Below are positions 32,701 through 40,657 of a stretch of 64,000 bases of DNA, one piece after another. The position numbers and the translations under genes are program-made. Position 1 is the first letter of the stretch; each line of letters starts with the position of its first letter. Under the pieces are notes generated by a model that saw nothing but the letters and a program-made list of their open reading frames with translations, did no database searches and was not told where the DNA came from. The DNA lies in the IMG/VR virus record IMGVR_UViG_3300018080_008436, positions 372,001-436,000 of that record, one strand, 5' to 3'.

Positions 32701-32895
32701 AATCTCTGCACAAAGTAATTGAACTTCTCTTGGATTTGTATAAACCTTTGTTAACTCTTCAGATGAAGGAAGTTGTCTAATTCTCTCATTAATGGTATCA
32801 AGTGCGTCCGTTTCAACAAAAGCCAATCCAGACATCTTCAGTCCATGAATAATGGACATCATATCTTGTAAATCGATGTTTTGAATTGGCTCCAT
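29749..32895 (-). CDS. Large acidic low-complexity protein, possible internal head protein
   Basis: 1048 aa; several internal (K/R)x(A/S) motifs (MKIKKIAQ, FVRTAQ, LEKIAA, LKKISA) separating domains. Confidence 0.5.
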   Translation of the reverse strand: MEPIQNIDLQDMMSIIHGLKMSGLAFVETDALDTINERIRQLPSSEELTKVYTNPREVQLLCAEIGRIMELIDHYGVKDEEFKARYKAKTKLPPRYKNLKWKKANKNMKIKKIAQQPNLPDPSSEIDAAIQENTDIYNALEEMQTGLNDFSLNVDQTLTDFMKRYPQAQMMTEQHRVIFQNIVNTLMTQTEEIQNNAQQLNQNADAARVIYEQTLNSAEAYMANMGGMQSLVPSSAYIKDIIRLSSNLEGYGLLPEKLISYAKNLRDNNPQAYYDAKEINILLRHAKLNQESRVFVRTAQGLGDRLRGAWDNLTGKQGVPEGYQLVDPGEQKGEQWHKEDVDQQFTEDLDWLKRSWENLVDFFGRYVRDAGILEGEWHGRDGGEEYELKIQELKQQADAMLASAQKILNTNFTKELMGENFAETFGGEREETEGAEGAEETEGTEEVEEESGSDQNTMNYIAQLIGSDETSIRAALTDLENNRANVTGMNAANIELCKKILGQIKHTIDNPIPIAEPVDGADMPVALPGGTAAPEQISTPTGTRIMPNVASSNEMLEKIAAPEITGTTPGTGGNESTGTTPTAPTAPEGGEESGSTGTTPVDTPDSTVAGLDDFIRGEFTKITKSQADAILRFLDTIPESVETEPEPESETEPEESGIPAEVLSENVTLAQQANCTRLLETLEENPTMSVDQQQASYVLSYLNKLSEKLTNQQTASAIRRIVEAAENGQTVELTTELQNLIKKMGSYQNLDLNEIQKLFSYFTAINNGATVVTEGAETAEEQTAEEQTAEEQPPIRIIDENLDHLIMRSFNEFTTDIKVMPRYSADDAIDYMTNDFTLGDAIVQENLNIFGDVNSQEFQNNLDYFRNGVIAKLNEFKQQQQQRSNQMAGNNELIARRQSAQQVVDILGDPNRINEVTQESFNDLKEYVALLKTLTQAQGNQAQGNRHIFNLKKISAGESGNFKSHMNVLKSYLGKDPSTFNQGSIETLERSVNIVEKYLNDHYWNPQQQQPPPQNQTPSENQTPSENQTPSENQTPSEEENVGIEGAW
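29782..29853. repeat. 18-bp tandem repeat x4 (codes NQTPSE)
   Basis: TTCAGATGGTGTTTGATT repeated four times in frame. Confidence 0.9.
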
Positions 32896-32908
32896 CTCAA
32901 TTCTCCTT

Positions 32909-33310
32909 TTATGGAAGTCTTGGGATCGAAGGAACGTTTACCATGCGAATTTTGCCAACTGAAGCGGCTTGAGGTCTGTCACTTACAATCTCTTCAATTG
33001 GTTCTTCATCTAACTCTTCGTCGTCTTCCACAACTTCGTCTTCAATAGCTTCTAACTGTCTTTTGGACTTAATACCGTCTGCGGCCATTGCCAAAAGGAC
33101 TTCTGCCATTTCATCAAGTTTGTCATAGAATACTTCTAGTTGTTGTTTTCTATCAGCCAAATCCTGAGCATCGATACAAGTCTGAACTTTGTCTTGGAAA
33201 TCTCCCAACTCTTTCATAAGAGTCAAGACAGCGCTAGTACCCGCACCTTTTTTCTTCTTGCTTTCAGATCCAGCGATTGTGATAATATTACTGTTCATAT
33301 TATTCTCCAT
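32909..33310 (-). CDS. Hypothetical acidic protein
   Basis: 133-aa ORF with AGG-N19-GAAAA motif upstream. Confidence 0.55.
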   Translation of the reverse strand: MENNMNSNIITIAGSESKKKKGAGTSAVLTLMKELGDFQDKVQTCIDAQDLADRKQQLEVFYDKLDEMAEVLLAMAADGIKSKRQLEAIEDEVVEDDEELDEEPIEEIVSDRPQAASVGKIRMVNVPSIPRLP

Positions 33311-33357
33311 ACTAAATAATCATTTAGATTTTTTCTCAAAAATGCAAAGCCATCCCT

Positions 33358-33507
33358 TCAAATTTCGATGAACTCTCCACAATTCTGACAGATTATAACG
33401 ACATAACTGTCTTCGTCATCAGAGACTTCGTCATCAGAGACTTCCTCTCTAACAACTTCTCTTCCACAATATGGGCATCCGTCTTTTACCCAGTTATCAT
33501 CTTCCAT
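33358..33507 (-). CDS. 49-aa Zn-ribbon protein (not in ORF track)
   Basis: MEDDNWVKDGCPYCGREVVREEVSDDEVSDDEDSYVVIICQNCGEFIEI; TAATG-coupled to the upstream gene. Confidence 0.65.
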   Translation of the reverse strand: MEDDNWVKDGCPYCGREVVREEVSDDEVSDDEDSYVVIICQNCGEFIEI

Positions 33508-35006
33508 TAGTTACCACTCTTATAGAGGTATCTAAACCACCTACTCCTACCTCCAGGTAATGTGTATTCAGGAGTAACTGCAATAGCAATCCCTGGCAAT
33601 CTCTTGGACTTCACATTCTCTGCAAACTTCTCCCAAGTATCTTTATAATCAGCATAAAGATCTTTGAAAGTTTGTTGAGCCGCTCTGGCGGCTTCTTCAG
33701 AGTTAATGTTGTCTGGACCACCAAAAATCAACATAACTTCTTGGAAATTCAATCCAAAAACGAGTCGTCTTAATGCAAGTATAGCCGCCCACAACAAGAT
33801 TCCAGCATCCCACTCTAATGGAGCTTGCTCTAAATTAGCATAATTCTGACTAGCAGGAGGAACGCTGTTCATCATCTGCAATCCAAATTTAAGGAACGAC
33901 AATAGTTCTTCCTCACTAAAATATGCCATACTGTAGCAAACGTTAATATAGTCCTCTGGGGCCATTAGACGATCAAGATAAATCTTCCCTTTATAGTCAG
34001 CATGCCAACCATCATCCACAATTCTCGTATTATTCAAACGAACAATTGGTCTAGGATCTTGATTCCAGTTACGATTCATATTGTAAATACCAAAATCAAA
34101 GATGGTTGAGAACTTACTTGTCTTTTTGGTTACATCTGTAAAATTAATCGATTGAGAACCACATCCTTCAACTAAAGTCAGTTTGCCAGAAGATTGTGGG
34201 TCTCCTGTTCCTACAGTTGTTAGGATACTCGTTGGGACATAAGTTTGATCAGAATCATGATGAAGTCCCTGAGATGTTGAGGATGAAGTTGTTGTTGAGC
34301 TTGAGTCTAAACTAGAAGAACTACTAGATGTACTTGTGCTACTAGAACCGCTGGAATTACTTTGAGAGTTTGAGCTACTGGAATCGATGCTTGAAGAACT
34401 ACTAGAGTCAGTTGACGAAGAAGATTCATTATATAAATCCTGGTGAACGGTATACTTTTGTCCATTGTGGAAGTATATATCTCCAGCCTGAGCATGATAG
34501 TTATTGCCATCCAACTCAAAATAATAGAAATGCTTTCTTCTTTTTTGCTGATTCTCTTGACGGATTCTTCTGCCTTGTTCCCAATAAACAGGAATGTGTT
34601 GGGCTTCATATATGAAGTCATTGTTCAGATCTAATAACAACTGCCTAGCTCTGTTTGATGTCTTAATCGAAAGCCCTTTGCTTAAAAAGTTGATATAAGA
34701 ATTCAAAGAGAAAACACTAAATACATTTGTAATTTCTTGTACGCTGTCGTTCCCACTCCATTGAAAAGTCCATTTGTCATAATACTCTCCTAATGGGAGG
34801 TTTGCAGGAACATACCAGTCTACATAGTAAATACCTGTTGCCTCTAATTGAGCAGAAGCAACATCAAGTACTGTAACACCATCAGTGTCGATAATTTCTA
34901 CCATTGGTTGCCCAGATGGGTTGGCCAAAAGCCCATCGCTAATAAAGCGGGTATGCAACCTGACAATCTCATTCTGTAGTGCATTAGTTCTTGACTGAAC
35001 GGACAT
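33507..35006 (-). CDS. Putative neck/head completion protein with internal Ser-rich insert
   Basis: N-terminal Ig-like (TGIYYVDW...GEYYDKW); C-terminal FSEEELLSFL...NSVPP helical adaptor-like domain. Confidence 0.55.
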   Translation of the reverse strand: MSVQSRTNALQNEIVRLHTRFISDGLLANPSGQPMVEIIDTDGVTVLDVASAQLEATGIYYVDWYVPANLPLGEYYDKWTFQWSGNDSVQEITNVFSVFSLNSYINFLSKGLSIKTSNRARQLLLDLNNDFIYEAQHIPVYWEQGRRIRQENQQKRRKHFYYFELDGNNYHAQAGDIYFHNGQKYTVHQDLYNESSSSTDSSSSSSIDSSSSNSQSNSSGSSSTSTSSSSSSLDSSSTTTSSSTSQGLHHDSDQTYVPTSILTTVGTGDPQSSGKLTLVEGCGSQSINFTDVTKKTSKFSTIFDFGIYNMNRNWNQDPRPIVRLNNTRIVDDGWHADYKGKIYLDRLMAPEDYINVCYSMAYFSEEELLSFLKFGLQMMNSVPPASQNYANLEQAPLEWDAGILLWAAILALRRLVFGLNFQEVMLIFGGPDNINSEEAARAAQQTFKDLYADYKDTWEKFAENVKSKRLPGIAIAVTPEYTLPGGRSRWFRYLYKSGN

Positions 35007-35008
35007 AC

Positions 35009-36019
35009 TTAGTCTTCCTTATCGTTTAACTTTTTTCTTTCTTGGTTTTTGACTTTTTTGACACAACGCTCATATTTTTCAGGATCTTTGTCCTTATCGA
35101 CTGTAGTGTGGCAAACTGCCCAAGGATTGTACTCAAAACTTTCAGCTTCTTCAGTTGACTTTTTCTTGGCGGTACAAACACTACATTGTCCAGCATCGCT
35201 CTCTTTCTTCTTTTTGCCTTTTCTTTTTCTTTTGGCGACATGTTGTGGGTCTTCTTTCTCAAGAAAAATTTGAGAATCGAGCTTACCTGATGGATTCTTG
35301 CCATGAGGTTGGTTCATGATCTTCCCAGGTTTACAAATTTTGATAATCCTGCCCTTACCACTCGCCAATGGGTAGTCTTCTACTCTTGGTGGAACATAAG
35401 ATGCAAACTTATCTCTTATTGTTTTGAGTTTTTCAAGTAGGTTGGTGTATTTTTTGTCATACTCTTCCCAATGTTGGACGAACTTATCATCAACACCTCT
35501 CATCTCTTCCATTTCCTCATCAAGTCCTTCAGTCTCCTCACCAATACTTCTTTCAAGAAGTTTAATGAATTGATTCATGTCAACAAGTTTACTTGAGAAA
35601 AGGTCATAAAGATCTTTGTCGAATTTGTCCCCCATACTACTTTGAGAATGCCAAAGTCGATGATTATCTAGGAACAGAGCTTCTTCAAGAGGCTTCCCAC
35701 TCAAAAGCTTGTAATAAATTCTTCTTGCAAGATAATCAGAACTTTCTGGTGCTTCATGAGAGAAGCCATTGAAGTATTCAGATTCTTGGGCTGTTTCAAC
35801 AAATAACTTAATCAATTTGGTCATTTCTTCGTAAGACACAAACCTTTCCTGACTATTAACCCAATTCTTGATAGTTCCTTCATCTACATACAAGTCACAT
35901 TTTGGGCAATATCTCCCCTTCTCGTAACCATCACCCTCAGGGGTTTTCTTTTTAACCCAATAGGATTTATGATCAAGTATATTGCATCCAGAATCTTGTG
36001 CAGTTCTAATTAGCCTCAT
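35009..36019 (-). CDS. Hypothetical protein with MRLIRTAQ N-terminal tag
   Basis: 336 aa; C-terminal NPWAVCHTTV...KYERCVKKVK motif. Confidence 0.6.
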   Translation of the reverse strand: MRLIRTAQDSGCNILDHKSYWVKKKTPEGDGYEKGRYCPKCDLYVDEGTIKNWVNSQERFVSYEEMTKLIKLFVETAQESEYFNGFSHEAPESSDYLARRIYYKLLSGKPLEEALFLDNHRLWHSQSSMGDKFDKDLYDLFSSKLVDMNQFIKLLERSIGEETEGLDEEMEEMRGVDDKFVQHWEEYDKKYTNLLEKLKTIRDKFASYVPPRVEDYPLASGKGRIIKICKPGKIMNQPHGKNPSGKLDSQIFLEKEDPQHVAKRKRKGKKKKESDAGQCSVCTAKKKSTEEAESFEYNPWAVCHTTVDKDKDPEKYERCVKKVKNQERKKLNDKED

Positions 36020-36030
36020 TCCTGCACCTC

Positions 36031-36774
36031 TTAAGATAGAATTTCTTGATAATCAACTGAGTAGTTGACAGTTAGCCCAGCCGTGTTGGTTTCAATCTTT
36101 ATCGCTTCGTCCAAAGAAAGAAGGTGAGGGTCACTATTGTAATGAGACAAATCAGTATTGGCAGTTTCATCAATTATTGCCGTTTCTGCATCCAAGCCAG
36201 GAACCGCAGTATCACTTGTGATTGATGCGGCGAAGCTTGTGTTCTCATTAAGTCCGAAAAGATGTCCAGCTATACTATACTGATCTGGCAAAGTTCCGTG
36301 CTCGTTAAACTCCAAATATTTAATTGTTCCTGAGCTAGGGGTAACTGTATATTCCCCAGTTGCGGCATCATATGCTACTGTAAAAGTCAAGCCCAATGCA
36401 CTAAATGCTGAATTAGCATCCATTTGAGTTTCGAGTTCAGTTGCAAGTTCAGTACCTGTGTAGAATCCAGTGTCTAATGTGATCTTCTGAGGTAACGTTT
36501 GAGGTGTCTGGAACCAAAGAAAATCATTTAAGTTTTCAAGAACGCTCCTGCCACCAATAATACTTGCAGAATAATCTTTTGCGTTAGCATTGCTGAAGGC
36601 AAACTTAATGCCAACCACTTTCCAGTCGAGATTAGGAGAAAGTACTGTATCAATAGCTGAAGCAGTAATATCAGCAACACCTTTGAGACTTTTTACGGTA
36701 TCTTTCTTAGTTATCGCATCGACAGGAGTTGGCAAAGCTCTGAACACTCTATTAGGATAATATTTTATGGCCAT
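36031..36774 (-). CDS. Putative virion structural protein
   Basis: 247 aa, Thr/Ala/Asp-rich (ITLDTGFYTGTELATELE); AAGGAG RBS; AGG-N19 motif upstream. Confidence 0.55.
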   Translation of the reverse strand: MAIKYYPNRVFRALPTPVDAITKKDTVKSLKGVADITASAIDTVLSPNLDWKVVGIKFAFSNANAKDYSASIIGGRSVLENLNDFLWFQTPQTLPQKITLDTGFYTGTELATELETQMDANSAFSALGLTFTVAYDAATGEYTVTPSSGTIKYLEFNEHGTLPDQYSIAGHLFGLNENTSFAASITSDTAVPGLDAETAIIDETANTDLSHYNSDPHLLSLDEAIKIETNTAGLTVNYSVDYQEILS

Positions 36775-36855
36775 TATATACTCCTTAGGTTAAATGAAAA
36801 TAATGTTCGGTATATATTTCAAGAGATCACCCCCTTTACCCTTCTAGATATTATA

Positions 36856-36889
36856 AAAGAAAACCCCTCCTACGAATGCAGGAGGGGTT
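36856..36889 (-). terminator. Intrinsic terminator of the suppressor-tRNA operon
   Basis: AACCCCTCCTGCA-TTCG-TAGGAGGGGTTTTCTTTT. Confidence 0.8.
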
Positions 36890-36895
36890 CCTATC

Positions 36896-37228
36896 TTACG
36901 CCAGTGGAAATCCTTTAAAGTATTGCTCACCTTGTTCTTTGGTCATCGGATAGAAGGCTACAGCAGTCCAGCCGAATTCTTCGGGATAGTAAGTGTCATA
37001 GAAGAAGCGCATTTTTACGCCATCTTCTTTGGCTTTCTCAACAATGAATTCGGCTCTTCTTTTCTTAGCCTGAACCATGACCAAAGTCTGATCATAATTC
37101 ACCCATTGTCCCATCCCTTCGTCCTATCCGTAGTCAAAGGTCAGCTTAGCCAAAGCATGAGCACCTTGGACTTTTCGCTGATCTCGACTAAGTTCAGATT
37201 TCGTCAATACAAAAACACACGTATCCAT
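36896..37228 (-). CDS. PTH2-like peptidyl-tRNA hydrolase with in-frame TAG at codon 35 (37124-37126)
   Basis: GGAGG RBS then MDTCVFVLTKSELSRDQRKVQGAHALAKLTFDYG*DEGMGQWVNYDQTLVMVQ...GWTAVAFYP...FKGFPLA. The QxxHA and TAVA..P motifs of the PTH2 family lie on either side of the TAG. Confidence 0.75.
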
Positions 37229-37229
37229 C

Positions 37230-37607
37230 TTAGTCCTCCAATCCAGGAATGGTTAAATTGTAGTCAGACAGGATCTTCTTAAGCTCTCGAACGGCGAAAG
37301 AGTTTTCCCATCGTTCTCCACTAAAATCCGTAAGGAATTCCTGGTCAGACTCATAAGAGCCAGTATGGGGGCGATTATGGCGAAGACGATTGTGGATGAT
37401 ATGACAAACAGTGATCCATCCACTACCAGCATAACGATGCTTTTCAAAACCTTTTTTGAAATCTTCGCGTTGTTCTTTGGAGGATTCGTACTTACCATCG
37501 TTCTCAGTAATGTATCCAACGATACAACCTTTGAGATAATCGATAGCTTTTCTTTGGGCGAGTTCTTCTTCGGACAGGATTGGTTGTTCTTTAACTTCAG
37601 TAGTCAT
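37230..37607 (-). CDS. Hypothetical protein of the suppressor-tRNA operon
   Basis: 125 aa, AAGGAG RBS, His/Arg-rich CHIIHNRLRHNRPH. Confidence 0.7.
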   Translation of the reverse strand: MTTEVKEQPILSEEELAQRKAIDYLKGCIVGYITENDGKYESSKEQREDFKKGFEKHRYAGSGWITVCHIIHNRLRHNRPHTGSYESDQEFLTDFSGERWENSFAVRELKKILSDYNLTIPGLED

Positions 37608-37674
37608 TTTTAGTTCTCCTTAATTTGATTTGACTATCTTTCATTACTTCTTTTGAACGAAAACGATAACCAAC

Positions 37675-37731
37675 TCAAGGAGGACCTCGAATTACCTACG
37701 TGAAACCTTTAATTGTAAGAACCTATGTCAT
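37675..37731 (-). CDS. Putative leader/arrest peptide MT*VLTIKGFT*VIRGPP (two in-frame TAG)
   Basis: AAGGATAAGGT-ATG ACA TAG GTT CTT ACA ATT AAA GGT TTC ACG TAG GTA ATT CGA GGT CCT CCT TGA, 16 nt after the tRNA CCA. Confidence 0.6.
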
Positions 37732-37747
37732 ACCTTATCCTTTTTTT

Positions 37748-37822
37748 TGGTGCCCCTGCTGGGACTCGAACCCAGATTAGCAAGGTTAGAGCTTGCCGCT
37801 TTTGCCTTTAAGCTACAGAAGC
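37748..37822 (-). tRNA. Amber suppressor tRNA, anticodon CUA
   Basis: 75-nt cloverleaf GCTTCTG TA GCTT AAAGGCAA AAGC G GCAAG CT-CTA-AC CTTGC TAAT CTGGG TTCGAGT CCCAG CAGGGGC A CCA; anticodon at 37787-37789. Confidence 0.9.
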
Positions 37823-37836
37823 ATCTTCTACAGCCT

Positions 37837-37864
37837 ATTATAACTCATGATTACTTGTTGTCAA
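37837..37864 (-). promoter_or_regulatory. Consensus sigma70/sigmaA promoter for the tRNA operon
   Basis: TTGACA (37859-37864), 16-nt spacer, TATAAT (37837-37842). Confidence 0.85.
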
Positions 37865-37882
37865 ACTACTTTAAGAGATTTT

Positions 37883-39091
37883 TTAGAATCTTCTCCTAGA
37901 GTGTCTGGAAGCAACTGTTTTGGCTCCTTTAGAGTTCCTTCTGGATTGAGTTGGAACCTGCCTGTCGCCTTCTCTAATCGCAAATTCTTCACTGGCATGA
38001 ATGTCAGATGCATACTGAGTTTCCCCCGATCCATGAAAAGATCTTCTAGTGTTGCCAGACAAAGTATTAATACTTCCTCCACTGGCAGTTGCTGGTCTGG
38101 AATTTCCTCCAGCCATCCTTAACATACGCATCTCTTCAGAATCTCCAGCCAAGTCAGTCGCTTCAAGATCAAGCATGGTTGCATTTGTAACGCCTCTTTC
38201 CCCACTTACTGTCGTCCCGTGAGTATAAATGTCATCTTCAGCTTCATATCTTGAATCATAAATCTCTAAACCAGGAACATACACTTCGTTCATATCTCCC
38301 GCGTTCTTAAGTAAATGATTCGCTTCATTTGGAGAAATGATACGGATTAATTTTTGCTTGAACAAATGCCAAAGATCTCGACTACTGGCAAGCTTTCTAG
38401 CTGAAACTGTTCCAAGATTCTTAGGCATATTTAATGGAAGATCTAACCCAATATCGTTAATGGTTAAAGAAGCACAGTTCTCATTAACAACATAAGCATC
38501 CATTCCAATGGATTCCTCCATTGCCTTTCTCTCCATTAGCATTGCCTTCTCTTTCTTTACATTAATAGGGTCATCAGCGAAGATTTCAACTTGAATGTCT
38601 GATCTTTTATCCTTTGAATCTTTCACTGCTGATATCAACTCTTGATACGTCTTGATATAAGATAAGAAACTTGGATCTTGTGTTTGTTCAAACTGTCTGG
38701 GAACTTCCAACTCATCAGGAGTATAATAAGACCTATTGTTTTGACCTGGCTCTGGGGGCTGAGTCGCCGCTAATCTGTCAACAGGAGTCCTCTGTTGGTT
38801 CGAAATAGCTCCAACACCTGCCGTTTGCTGTTGATTATTGGAAAATATGTGAGAAACCGATGCATTCATCCCACCCTGGTCAATTGATGTCGGGGTGATC
38901 ATAATACTAGTTTCCTTACTCATTAAATCATCAGCATTAATCTGATTATTACTATGGTCTGAGAGGATTAATGTCCCTTCTCCCTTACCAGAATTAATTG
39001 AGTCAGCAGTTAAGACAATACTTCCGCCGTTTTGTAAGATGTTTCTCATCTTTTTACTCAAACTTATTTTACACTTTAAAGCAATTTGCAT
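37883..39091 (-). CDS. Hypothetical protein
   Basis: 402 aa, AAGGAG RBS. Confidence 0.65.
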   Translation of the reverse strand: MQIALKCKISLSKKMRNILQNGGSIVLTADSINSGKGEGTLILSDHSNNQINADDLMSKETSIMITPTSIDQGGMNASVSHIFSNNQQQTAGVGAISNQQRTPVDRLAATQPPEPGQNNRSYYTPDELEVPRQFEQTQDPSFLSYIKTYQELISAVKDSKDKRSDIQVEIFADDPINVKKEKAMLMERKAMEESIGMDAYVVNENCASLTINDIGLDLPLNMPKNLGTVSARKLASSRDLWHLFKQKLIRIISPNEANHLLKNAGDMNEVYVPGLEIYDSRYEAEDDIYTHGTTVSGERGVTNATMLDLEATDLAGDSEEMRMLRMAGGNSRPATASGGSINTLSGNTRRSFHGSGETQYASDIHASEEFAIREGDRQVPTQSRRNSKGAKTVASRHSRRRF

Positions 39092-39102
39092 AATTTTTCT
39101 CC

Positions 39103-40578
39103 TTAAGCTCCATTTAACTCCATGATTCTTTTATAGACATTATCTATGGCCTGATCCCAGGTGTAGAACTCTTCTAAATCTGACCTTAAATTATCAGCTT
39201 TGTCCAAAGAATCCTCGTAGTTTTCAAACACATATCTCATATGTGCTTTAGTTTCTTCAATCGCATTCCTTCCAAAATTTGGGAAGGTTTGGTCTTCATA
39301 AAAACGGCAGTGTTTTGCTAGTTTTCTCAGATGACCATTTGTTTCTGCTGTTACAAGACCGTCTGGTGCAACCATATATGCATTGCTGTCGTTTAAGAAA
39401 TCTGAATGACCAGAACAATCGCTTGCAATTACGGGCATTCCACTTGCTCCAGCTTCTGCATATGGAAGTCCAAATCCCTCACCGCGAGAGATTAAAACAA
39501 AGGCATCAGCAGAACCATAGATATTGGGCATATACCTTTCTGGAATCTCGTTATCATACAAAGCGATATGAGGCAACTCATCATCACTTTTATTTATAGA
39601 TTCTCTAATTCCTGCGAAATCTTTCTGGATCTGGTTTTGATCATTAAAAGCTTCTGCTCTGGATACAAGAAGTAATGTGACATTGTCATCTGCCGAAAAT
39701 TCTTCCATAAATGCTTTTAGAAGTATGTCGTAACCTTTTCTATATCCCCATTTGAATACACTTAGAAAGACAAAATCATTTAACTCCTGATTGAAATCGA
39801 AATCTTTTCTGTCAGGAGTGTATCTATCCACATCAACTCCTAAAGGCATAACCAAAACTGGGGGATGAACCCCATTTTGCTTAAACATTTCTTGAGCGAA
39901 TCTAGTTGGAACCCATATCTCATCAAAGAGATTAAGCTTCCCAACATAATCTGGATGCAGAGAACCAGAAGTTTCCATCATTGTGTAAAGAATTCTCCTT
40001 CCACCATGGAACATATTCAAAGGTATCGTAGCTCCAAATATTTTTGGGGCATTGTCAGCAATGGCTGTTCTACTCATTCTTCGAATTTGCTTCTCAGTTT
40101 CTTCATTCACATGAACATCTGACTCCTGAATATCAAGCTTAACTCTTAATCCTCTATTAGCAAGTCCAAATGCAAAGGCTCTATTCATTCGACTAAACCC
40201 TGCATAACTGGTGAAATGCCCGTACCAATGAACACTTGGGTTATTACTCAGGTCATAATTTATGTTGTAGGACTCTTGCACTTTTACCTCCCGTATAGGA
40301 ATTTTTTTGGGCTTTATCTCTCTACTCTCTTTAACTGTGGGTTTATGACCTTTTAAAGCATCATATTCTTCAATTAAAGACACTGTTCCATTTGACCCAT
40401 CCGATTCAATAACTACTGTTTGAAATTCTTGAGGGCCATCTGGATGCTTCCAACACTCAACAAAATCTGGCAGTTCAATATCTGGATCGTCATTTTCAGT
40501 ATTTAGAATCTTCATCTCTGGCTTTGGCACTATGACTCTTTCACATGCCAATTCATATGCCGACTTAATTTTTGACAT
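39103..40578 (-). CDS. Glycosyltransferase family 4 (GT-B)
   Basis: RKGYDILL and SRGEGFGLPYAEAGASGMPVIA motifs; likely start MSKIKS at 40578. Confidence 0.9.
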   Translation of the reverse strand: MSKIKSAYELACERVIVPKPEMKILNTENDDPDIELPDFVECWKHPDGPQEFQTVVIESDGSNGTVSLIEEYDALKGHKPTVKESREIKPKKIPIREVKVQESYNINYDLSNNPSVHWYGHFTSYAGFSRMNRAFAFGLANRGLRVKLDIQESDVHVNEETEKQIRRMSRTAIADNAPKIFGATIPLNMFHGGRRILYTMMETSGSLHPDYVGKLNLFDEIWVPTRFAQEMFKQNGVHPPVLVMPLGVDVDRYTPDRKDFDFNQELNDFVFLSVFKWGYRKGYDILLKAFMEEFSADDNVTLLLVSRAEAFNDQNQIQKDFAGIRESINKSDDELPHIALYDNEIPERYMPNIYGSADAFVLISRGEGFGLPYAEAGASGMPVIASDCSGHSDFLNDSNAYMVAPDGLVTAETNGHLRKLAKHCRFYEDQTFPNFGRNAIEETKAHMRYVFENYEDSLDKADNLRSDLEEFYTWDQAIDNVYKRIMELNGA

Positions 40579-40657
40579 AAGTAGAATTTGCATACCCTTT
40601 TGTGCATTATACATATTTTCAGGGTATAATTTAGTAAACCGCATAGGAGAACAGACA

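Noticed and set aside
36896-37228. PTH2 as a simple pseudogene
   Set aside because: Not excluded. However, the only lesion is a TAG, the RBS and motifs are intact, and a cognate suppressor is co-transcribed, so readthrough is favoured.
37748-37822. tRNA-Leu(TAG or TAA) or tRNA-Pyl
   Set aside because: The 7-nt loop CT-CTA-AC places CTA at 34-36. The variable loop is short, the D and T loops and 5-bp anticodon stem are canonical, and no pyl genes are in the window.
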